Source: Promethearchaeota archaeon
GTDB taxonomy: Archaea; Asgardarchaeota; Lokiarchaeia; Sigyniarchaeales; SOKP01
Direction: 5' to 3'
Assembly (NCBI GenBank): GCA_048938445.1
Contig: JBHLME010000005.1
Location: forward strand, 654 to 64,653
DNA: 64,000 nucleotides
Part shown: one piece after another, positions 33,722-41,599 of the stretch
Layout of the letters: each line of letters opens with the position of its first letter
Position numbering within the stretch: the first letter of the stretch is position 1
The notes under the pieces: generated by a model
Databases searched by the model: none
Told to the model about the DNA's origin: nothing
Seen by the model: only the letters and a program-made list of their open reading frames with translations
Translations under genes and position numbers: made by a program

Positions 33722-34837
33722 TTAAGATTTCTTAGCTCTAGCTAATTCCGCTTTTTTTTCCATGATTGCTAAGTAAGTATCAGCTGTATTTTTAGGAGGT
33801 ATAATTTCATTATCTTTTTTCTGCAGTTTAATTGCCTCATTTGGACATGTTGGTATGCACACTCCGCATCCAATACATCGATTGAGATCCACTACAGAAA
33901 TGTTATCAATAATAGAAATTGCATTCATATTGCATCGATCTTTACAAATAGCACAGCCGACACATATGTCTGAATCAACTTCTGCAAAAAAATTTGTTGC
34001 AAAAAACTGAGCAGGTTTTTCCAGTTTATTTTGGTTGTGTAAGACATGACAACAACAATCACAGCAACAACAAATACACATTGGTCGCAATGAGTTTCCT
34101 GGTTGAATAACCAATCCAGCATCTTCAACTTTTCTTAATGTATTAAGAGCATCTTCTTTAGATATAAATTCTGCTAAACCTCTTCCCACATAAGCCTCCG
34201 CAGCTCTTCTGAAAGAGAAACAAACTTTTCGCAAATCTGTTTTTTTACAAGGATCTCCAAGAATATCTGTTGATTTTTTACAAATACACTCAGCTACGGC
34301 TATAGAATCACCAGAATTTTCGATAATCTCTCTTAATACATCATAACTTGCTACATTTAGCTCATGATCTATACTCTGCTCAATTGGAATTGTTCGTAAT
34401 TGTGGTATACCAGACTGATTGCACTCTTCCATAAAAGATTCTTCAATATATTGATTTATTTCTTCAATGAAATCTTTATTTAGCCGATTTAATTGATATT
34501 CAAACATTCCAATAATGAGCATGGCATTTGCATAATATTTTACATATTGATCTCCTTCCTTAGTTTCACTATAGTTTATAAGTCCTTTCTCATACATTTT
34601 ATCCAATTTAGATTCAAGGTTCTCTATACTCCAACCTTTTTGCTTAAATCCTCGATATATTTTCTTTAAGGGTTTTGGTATAAAGCTTAATTTTAATGCA
34701 ATTTCTGCATTCTCCGGAGTAAATAACCTCTTTAATATCCGAAGTTCAACACCAGAATCAGTAGTTGGATATCCAATTGGCATTTTATCTAAATGACATG
34801 CCAGTTCCTTATAAATTTCTCGAGTTTTTTCTTCCAT
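33722..34837 (-). CDS. Fe-S protein with poly-Cys motif and C-terminal 2x[4Fe-4S] ferredoxin domain (paralog 2 of 3)
   Basis: 371 aa. Contains CICKKSTDILGDPC, MCICCCCDCCCH (nt 34046-34081), CVGCAICKDRC and CIGCGVCIPTCP. N-terminal helical LRILKRLFTPENAEIA region is shared with 3862..4950. Confidence 0.7.
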   Translation of the reverse strand: MEEKTREIYKELACHLDKMPIGYPTTDSGVELRILKRLFTPENAEIALKLSFIPKPLKKIYRGFKQKGWSIENLESKLDKMYEKGLINYSETKEGDQYVKYYANAMLIIGMFEYQLNRLNKDFIEEINQYIEESFMEECNQSGIPQLRTIPIEQSIDHELNVASYDVLREIIENSGDSIAVAECICKKSTDILGDPCKKTDLRKVCFSFRRAAEAYVGRGLAEFISKEDALNTLRKVEDAGLVIQPGNSLRPMCICCCCDCCCHVLHNQNKLEKPAQFFATNFFAEVDSDICVGCAICKDRCNMNAISIIDNISVVDLNRCIGCGVCIPTCPNEAIKLQKKDNEIIPPKNTADTYLAIMEKKAELARAKKS

Positions 34838-34850
34838 TTCTCAAAACCAC

Positions 34851-36005
34851 TTAATTTCTTCCCGCAATGGTTTTTGTCATTGCTTCATTTGTTCCAACAG
34901 CAGGAATTTTATCAAACTTTTTTACCATGGTCAACGCCTCTTCAGGACAATTATAAGCGCATACTCCGCAACCGATACATCTATCATAGTCTAAAGTGAT
35001 CTTATTTTCTTCTTCTAATTCGCTAATAACGTACATTGGACAAAGATTTATGCATTTTTTACAAAAGATGCATTTATTTGGCTCATATTCTGGTATGAAG
35101 TTTGAATTTGCCACGAGACCTGGATCATTAAATTGACTAAGACCACGGAGCATGATACAGCAGTCCCTATCACAGTTACACATGAAGGTAGATTTCTCTT
35201 GTATGTTTTGAGTTGTATGTACTAATCCCGCTTTAGCAGCTTCACTTAATGTTTTAAGCACTTCTTCTTTTGTGAGTTCCCTCCCAAATCCATTTTCAAT
35301 AGTATAATCCGCCCATGAATTAAATGTAACGCAAACATTAATCGGATATTTATTCACTGGCTCTCCTTTATTATATATCTTCATGTGGGTTCGGCATGCA
35401 CAATCCATTACAGCAACTCTGCGAGCTTTTTCTACGAGATTTTTAGCTTGCTCGAACGGAAAAATGTCATTTTTAACAACTTCGATGTCTTGTTCAATTT
35501 CAATGAGTTTACCCTTTCCTCTACTAACTGTTTCTTCAATTGCCTTCTGATCTACCAAAACTCTCATGAATGGGTATTTTGAACTAAACACTTTTGTAAG
35601 ATTGCCCTGATCATAGTATTTCTCATATTCATTTGTAAAGACCATTAATGTCTCATTTTCTTCAGCAGCAGCCCTCTCATGATTTGAAAAATATAATTCA
35701 AATAAACCTGGTACTAATGGAAACATGGAATATGTCGTATTTTCACCTTTACCTGCTGAGAATAATCGTTGAGTCCGAGCCATTTCCTCTATAATTGGCT
35801 TTATTTCATCAACTGGACGCTTGAGTTTACGTGCTATTTTCTCAGGCTTGAAACGATCTAGATATGGTCCATTAAATGTTAATAATATATCAGCCTCTTC
35901 TGAGTTATATAAAGTTTCAAGGATTTTTCTCATTTCTTCTGTCCATATGACTCCCATTTTTTGTGCTATTTTTTCATATTTATCAACCATTTTGTAATTA
36001 ACCAC
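34851..36005 (-). CDS. related Fe-S protein (paralog 3, reduced Cys motif) with 2x[4Fe-4S] domain
   Basis: 384 aa. Contains CACRTH...C, MCNCDRDCC (nt ~35154-35180), CIFCKKCINLCP and CIGCGVCAYNCP. Lies 13 nt upstream of paralog 2. Confidence 0.65.
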   Translation of the reverse strand: MVNYKMVDKYEKIAQKMGVIWTEEMRKILETLYNSEEADILLTFNGPYLDRFKPEKIARKLKRPVDEIKPIIEEMARTQRLFSAGKGENTTYSMFPLVPGLFELYFSNHERAAAEENETLMVFTNEYEKYYDQGNLTKVFSSKYPFMRVLVDQKAIEETVSRGKGKLIEIEQDIEVVKNDIFPFEQAKNLVEKARRVAVMDCACRTHMKIYNKGEPVNKYPINVCVTFNSWADYTIENGFGRELTKEEVLKTLSEAAKAGLVHTTQNIQEKSTFMCNCDRDCCIMLRGLSQFNDPGLVANSNFIPEYEPNKCIFCKKCINLCPMYVISELEEENKITLDYDRCIGCGVCAYNCPEEALTMVKKFDKIPAVGTNEAMTKTIAGRN

Positions 36006-36113
36006 CTTTAAATACTTATAATTATTAGATATTATTGAACCTTATAAAACTTATCAAACTACTACACTTTAATGTAGTAGCATATAAAAATAGAGTATTG
36101 AGTTGAGTTAAAG

Positions 36114-36890
36114 TTGGCTAAAAATGAAGATTTTATTTCAAAAATTGATGAAAAATTTGAATTTCTTAACAATCGAATAACATTCCTTCAAGATCTAATC
36201 TTAAATATGAAAAATGAATTTGATCTAATTAATAGAACCAAGATTGATAATCAATGTATAACCGAACTTACGGATTTATCAGAGAATAATCTAGATCACT
36301 TTTTAGCTGAACGACCATCAGATTGTAAATTATTAGAAAAATGTACAACCTTCGTAGAGAAAACTACAATGAAAGTATTAAATATATATTTGAAAAAAGG
36401 AATAAATCCTGCTCAAGAACTATTGAACTCTTATATTAATTTCAGTGAAAATTATTTAGAAACAGGTAAGTGCAGTGATAAAACCTGTATGGAAAATGTA
36501 ATAAATGGGTATAAATCTCTACAAGACATTTTAAATTCAAAAAAATTAATCACCGATGAGATGACAGCTAATTTATTTAGTAAAAAACACCTATACAACA
36601 TCATTGATGGAAATGAAAAAGAAGATTCTAAACTGCTAACGCCTTTATCAAACGAAATAAGAATAAAAATTTTAAAAGTTGTAAGCAAGGGAGGCACATA
36701 TTATTCACAATTAGAAAGAGAAGTAGGTATTAAGGGAGGAAGTTTTCATTTTCATTTAGATAAATTAGTTGAGGGAGGCTATATAATTCAAGAGGGTGAA
36801 AAGGGTCCATATATTGCTACTATTAATGGTTTAAAAGCTTTGCAATTCCTTTTTGAGTTAAAGAAGCACTTTTTACTTTATCAAAATTGA
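36114..36890 (+). CDS. ArsR-type winged-helix regulator with long N-terminal Cys-containing extension
   Basis: 258 aa. The C-terminal LSNEIRIKILKVVSKGGTYYSQLEREVGIKGGSFHFHLDKLVEGGYIIQ is an ArsR/SmtB-like HTH. Divergent from the Fe-S gene pair. Confidence 0.65.
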   Translation: MAKNEDFISKIDEKFEFLNNRITFLQDLILNMKNEFDLINRTKIDNQCITELTDLSENNLDHFLAERPSDCKLLEKCTTFVEKTTMKVLNIYLKKGINPAQELLNSYINFSENYLETGKCSDKTCMENVINGYKSLQDILNSKKLITDEMTANLFSKKHLYNIIDGNEKEDSKLLTPLSNEIRIKILKVVSKGGTYYSQLEREVGIKGGSFHFHLDKLVEGGYIIQEGEKGPYIATINGLKALQFLFELKKHFLLYQN

Positions 36891-37035
36891 TTTGAGATGT
36901 GTCATTTCAAATAATATTTAAAATTCAATTAAATTAGAATGTTAAATATTTCGAGAGTTTTTTAATTATTGGCTAACTTTATTATAATTCTTCACAGTTC
37001 AAGTTATTAAATAACATGCATTAATTAATACTGTA

Positions 37036-38001
37036 ATGAATTATTTTTTAAAACCTCATAGTCTTGATATCACAAAACTAATTGAAAATCATCGTGGAAA
37101 AAAAATAGAAGAATTATTTCCCGACTATAAAATTATTTCAAATACAATGGGCCAATTTATTAAACTTCTATGGGATCTCGATGATTTTCCTCTAGATTAT
37201 GATTTATTAAATACCAAAAAAAATTTACTATATAATTTGAAAACCGTGTTTAATATAGGGGGATCAATTGAAAATAGGTTAAGAAATAGAGGTATAAGGA
37301 CAATTAATGATTTAAAACATAGTTTAAGATATAGAACCTCTGCAACTGAAGTTTTACAAGCAATTAAGAAGAAAAACTTTAAAAATCTTATGGAAAATCG
37401 ATATATCTGTGATTTAGATGTTGTATTTTGTTTTAACTTAGAAGATTTTTTATTTATCGATATTGAAACCCTTGGAATATATAATAGTCCAATGTTTATG
37501 GTAGGGATTGGATATTTCAGTAATCAAAAATATAAGATTCACATTCTTTTTGCCAGAAATTTAGAAGAGGAAATAGCTATATGTGAACACTTGAAGAATA
37601 AAGTCTTGCCAAGATTCAAATGTTTTGTTAGTTATAATGGAAAAAGTTTTGATATTCCTTTTATTGCTAACAGATTTTTATATTTTTTTGATGAAAATCC
37701 TATGATTTCTTCCGACCAAATACCATATAAAAAAAGTAATACAATATATCATCATGTAGATTTGTATCATAACTGTCGCCGAAAGTTTAAAAATGAATTT
37801 GAAAATTTCTCATTAACAAATATGGAAGAAAAACTCTTAGGATTCTTAAGAATCAATGATATACCAAGTGAATTAATGGGCGTATGTTATCGTAAGTATC
37901 TGAATGATCCAAATAGATATGCAGGATTAATAAAGGAATGTATTGAACATAATTATTATGACGTGTATTCTCTCCCACTCATTCTTAAAAAGCTACTTTA
38001 G
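37036..38001 (+). CDS. RNase H-fold 3'-5' exonuclease-like protein (YprB-like)
   Basis: 321 aa. Has an HhH-like LRNRGIRTINDL, then FIDIETLG (ExoI DxE), YNGKSFDIPF (ExoII) and HNYYDVYSL (ExoIII). Confidence 0.6.
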   Translation: MNYFLKPHSLDITKLIENHRGKKIEELFPDYKIISNTMGQFIKLLWDLDDFPLDYDLLNTKKNLLYNLKTVFNIGGSIENRLRNRGIRTINDLKHSLRYRTSATEVLQAIKKKNFKNLMENRYICDLDVVFCFNLEDFLFIDIETLGIYNSPMFMVGIGYFSNQKYKIHILFARNLEEEIAICEHLKNKVLPRFKCFVSYNGKSFDIPFIANRFLYFFDENPMISSDQIPYKKSNTIYHHVDLYHNCRRKFKNEFENFSLTNMEEKLLGFLRINDIPSELMGVCYRKYLNDPNRYAGLIKECIEHNYYDVYSLPLILKKLL

Positions 38002-38108
38002 ACTTTATAGATGAAAAATAAGCGAAAATCTTAAGTAAACGAATTAGTATATCATAATAAAAAAAAATTAATCATCTTCATCTATTTAAAAATTACATTT
38101 AATTTAAC

Positions 38109-39284
38109 ATGCAATTAGGCGGGCTTATAAAAAAAGAATTTGGCAGGATAAGAAGTGACACTCGAACATTAATGCTGTTGTTTGTAATTCCCTTGCTTTT
38201 AATAGTGATTTTTGGTTTAACGACTGGAGGGGGTCCCACCAAGTTTTTCACGGCAGTAATCATAACTAAGGACAGCATGCCATGTGAAGGAAGCATGTCT
38301 ACAAATGCTACTTATGATGCAACATTTATATCCGTAGTAAGGGATAATTGTTCTCAGTTTGGTTTTTATAATGCTTATAACAGCACTTCAGACGAAGAAT
38401 TTAAAATGCATTATAATATTGGATTAGCCCTTCTAAGAAGTGATATTATTGATGCAGTAATTATTTTACCTGAAAACTTCACTGAAATTATTGAAAACAT
38501 AACATCTGGTGATCCATCTATTAAATCAGTAAATCCTTATATCCTATATATTATTGATGGAACAGACTCACAAGCTTCTAAGGCTATAGATTTAGCAATT
38601 CAAGAACCTATAATGTTATTCAGATTACAAATTGGATTAACAGAAAATCTTACAACGATGATACCTTCTTTAGAATATTCAGTTCCATCTTGGGAAAGCC
38701 AAATGTTAAATTTTGCTCTTGGAATGATGTTGCCTATAATTATTATTGGCACGACAATGAATTTAACATCTTTAAGTATAGTTTCTGAGGGCCCTCTTCC
38801 AAGAATGATGCTAACTCCAACTGCTAAAAATGAAATCATGGTTAGTAAATTAATTGCAAATGTTGTAATTATGGTTCTTCAATCTACAGAAATATTTGTA
38901 ATGACTTCTTTTTTTGGATTATATTCTTTGGGTTCGTTATTTGATTTGTATTTCACAATGCTTTTAACAGGATTGTGTGGTGTTTGTATAGGATTATTTA
39001 TTTCTTCACTAGCAACAACAGAACAAGTTGCTAATCAAATGTACTTGATATTTTTTATAGTCCTCATGGTGTTTTCGGGATCCTTCTATGATAGTGGGAG
39101 CTCTTCAGCAATGTATAATATTTCTAAGCTTTTCCCTCTAATACATTCAAGTGGATTAATGGTGGATGTGACTTTAAAAGGATTACCCCTTGATATTACT
39201 GCTGTGTTAAGCCTTATAGTAATAAGCGCTTTCTATCTTTTCGCAGCATATTTCATTTATCGATTTAAAAAAGTGGAGGTTTAA
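38109..39284 (+). CDS. ABC-2 type permease (1 TM + large extracytoplasmic loop + 5 TM)
   Basis: 391 aa. LIKKEFGRIRSDTRTLMLLFVIPLLLIVIFG start, a sequon-rich loop of about 160 aa, then five C-terminal helices. Confidence 0.75.
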   Translation: MQLGGLIKKEFGRIRSDTRTLMLLFVIPLLLIVIFGLTTGGGPTKFFTAVIITKDSMPCEGSMSTNATYDATFISVVRDNCSQFGFYNAYNSTSDEEFKMHYNIGLALLRSDIIDAVIILPENFTEIIENITSGDPSIKSVNPYILYIIDGTDSQASKAIDLAIQEPIMLFRLQIGLTENLTTMIPSLEYSVPSWESQMLNFALGMMLPIIIIGTTMNLTSLSIVSEGPLPRMMLTPTAKNEIMVSKLIANVVIMVLQSTEIFVMTSFFGLYSLGSLFDLYFTMLLTGLCGVCIGLFISSLATTEQVANQMYLIFFIVLMVFSGSFYDSGSSSAMYNISKLFPLIHSSGLMVDVTLKGLPLDITAVLSLIVISAFYLFAAYFIYRFKKVEV

Positions 39285-39288
39285 ATTA

Positions 39289-40515
39289 ATTATTTCAAAA
39301 CAAAAAAAGAAAGGACAAAGATTTTCTTTCAAAAACCAAAAAGCGAGTATTCATAGGCTGATAAATCAAATTAAAAAAGAATTTAGACTACTTTGGACTG
39401 ACAAGTTTAATATTTTCCTTGCTTTAGTATTACCTCCTTTAATAATTTTATTGATTTCATTCATATCTACATCTCAAGCGGGAATTACAACAGTAGATTG
39501 TGTTATTGTATCTTATGATTCAAACACATTTATTAATCCTAATAATTTAACTGAATCTGCTAATGCAAATTATACATTACCATATGTGCAAGCAGTAAAT
39601 CTTTCTGAATATTTAAATCCAATCGAACCTGAAACACTTTTCTTTAATGCTAGTGAGGATATATATGCTCTAGAAAGGGCAAGGGATTATTTGAAAGCAG
39701 GTATAATTAGCATTATTATTGTAATTCCCATAGATTTTTCTGAAATGATATCATGGGGTTTGCCCGGAATTATTTCAGGTATAGTTGATGCTTCAGATAT
39801 TATGTCTATACAAGAGAATATGAATGCAGTTCAAGATTCTGTAAAAATATTTACAAGGGAAAATAATCTAACTCCTCAATTCATACTTAAAGGTATTGAT
39901 GAAATAGCAATACCCTCAACTTTCAGTCCTGGATTTAATACTTTAGTTGTTTTTATTTTACCTTTGTTTTCATTCGGTCTTGCAATGGTTCTTAGTATTC
40001 TTGTTGTGGTTAAAGAAAAACCAATTGCTAGGTTATTGTTGACACCTGTGAAGAGATTTGAGATACTCTTGTCTAAATACGTTACTTATGCAACAATATT
40101 AACAATACAATCACTATTATTGATATACATGTCAATTACCCAAGGCCTTTATTGTGCAGGGAGTGTAATTGATTTATTTATTGCATTATTTATACTTGGT
40201 TTTACAGGATTAGGATTAGGTTTATTTGTTTCTAGTCTTTCTAAAACGAAAACTGAAGCAAATCAATATTTCTTCATGCTTTTCATTCTAATAATCCTTT
40301 TAAGTGGTTTATTTATCCCAATAGATTCAATGCCAATATATCTACAATTCATTGCTTGGTTACTACCACTGAGTCATGCAAATCCCATGATTAATGGAAT
40401 TTTAACCAAAGGTAACTCTGTATTTGGATTTCATTTTTATTGGTTATTAGGTATAGGTATCTTTCTTTTCATACTAAGTTTTATAATATTTCAAAGAAAA
40501 CAATATGAGGCCTAA
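39289..40515 (+). CDS. ABC-2 type permease, second copy; start uncertain
   Basis: The track starts at TTG 39451, but the frame is open from 39226. It encodes HRLINQIKKEFRLLWTDKFNIFLALVLPPLIIL, which parallels the N-terminus and TM1 of the first permease. There is no ATG/GTG/TTG there. ATT 39289 sits 8 nt after GGAGGT (39275-39280). Confidence 0.65.
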   Translation: MISKQKKKGQRFSFKNQKASIHRLINQIKKEFRLLWTDKFNIFLALVLPPLIILLISFISTSQAGITTVDCVIVSYDSNTFINPNNLTESANANYTLPYVQAVNLSEYLNPIEPETLFFNASEDIYALERARDYLKAGIISIIIVIPIDFSEMISWGLPGIISGIVDASDIMSIQENMNAVQDSVKIFTRENNLTPQFILKGIDEIAIPSTFSPGFNTLVVFILPLFSFGLAMVLSILVVVKEKPIARLLLTPVKRFEILLSKYVTYATILTIQSLLLIYMSITQGLYCAGSVIDLFIALFILGFTGLGLGLFVSSLSKTKTEANQYFFMLFILIILLSGLFIPIDSMPIYLQFIAWLLPLSHANPMINGILTKGNSVFGFHFYWLLGIGIFLFILSFIIFQRKQYEA

Positions 40516-40523
40516 TATCAAAA

Positions 40524-41525
40524 ATGACTGTGAAATCTAATAAAGTAGTCGTTGAAATAAACAATTTAAATGTAAAATTTGGAAAGAAAAGAGTCGTTAA
40601 AAATGTTTCATTATCAGTAAGGTCAGGGGAAATAATTGGAGTGTTTGGAATTTCAGGTGCTGGTAAAACCACTATGATTAGAGTATTAACTTGTCAAATC
40701 AAGAAAAAAAATTGGTTTGGAGATGTAAAGGTTACGGGAAGATCTCCAGCAAGAAAAAAAAATCACTCAAAGATCTTGAGTAAAATTGGATACGTTCCAC
40801 AATTAGAAGAATTAAATTTATATTATGATTTTAAGCCAATCGCTAATATTGACACGTTTGCTTCTATATATGGAATGGATGTCAAGGAGGCTAAAAAGAT
40901 TGCAGAGAATCTCTTTACAATATTAGACATACCTGAGGATACATGGAAAAAAAAGCTTAGAAAAATGAGTGGTGGGGAAAAAAAAAGAGTTTCAATGGCA
41001 TTAGGACTAATTCATCAACCAGAAATCTTATTTTTAGATGAACCTACTACGGGTGTGGATGCATATAAGAGATACTCAATACTAAGTTATTTAAAAAAAT
41101 TGAACAGAGAATTAGGAACCACAATGTTCATTATAAGCCATGATATGGAATGTTCTCTTGTTTGTGATAAAGCAGCAATAATGCGTGATGGGTCATTACT
41201 CGAGTTTGGAAAACCCGCAGATTTAATAGCTTCACTTCCCAGTAATGGGATAATTGCAACTTTTGCAATTGAAGGTATTAACGAGCAAAAAATTGACCTT
41301 ATAAGAAAGTTTGAACCTGTTATTAATATCATTAGAGCAGGAAATGACGTTATTGAAGTTTTATTAGAAGATTATGAAAAAAATATTTCAAAATTAATTG
41401 AATTCATGATTAAGGAGGATTTAAAAATAAATTCCATGTCTAGAGAAACAGCTACATTTAGGAGATATTTTCAAATCCGAGTTCAAGAAGAAGAAGAAAA
41501 AGAACGAGCATTGCTAGATGAATAA
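40524..41525 (+). CDS. ABC transporter ATP-binding protein
   Basis: 333 aa. Walker A GISGAGKTT, signature MSGGEKKRVS, Walker B ILFLDEPTTGVD, H-loop IISHD. Extra C-terminal domain of about 100 aa. Confidence 0.9.
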   Translation: MTVKSNKVVVEINNLNVKFGKKRVVKNVSLSVRSGEIIGVFGISGAGKTTMIRVLTCQIKKKNWFGDVKVTGRSPARKKNHSKILSKIGYVPQLEELNLYYDFKPIANIDTFASIYGMDVKEAKKIAENLFTILDIPEDTWKKKLRKMSGGEKKRVSMALGLIHQPEILFLDEPTTGVDAYKRYSILSYLKKLNRELGTTMFIISHDMECSLVCDKAAIMRDGSLLEFGKPADLIASLPSNGIIATFAIEGINEQKIDLIRKFEPVINIIRAGNDVIEVLLEDYEKNISKLIEFMIKEDLKINSMSRETATFRRYFQIRVQEEEEKERALLDE

Positions 41526-41599
41526 ATAAAATAATAAAAAATAAATATAAGAGGTAAAATGATAAAAAAAAAGAAAAGCATCTAAATAGGTGAGATTTT

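Noticed and set aside
41559-41585. 8-codon ORF MIKKKKSI with a strong GAGGT Shine-Dalgarno-like element
   Set aside because: It is too short to call as a gene. One-base changes in its A9 run do not connect it to the toroid-ABC frame. It is retained only as context in the start-codon finding.
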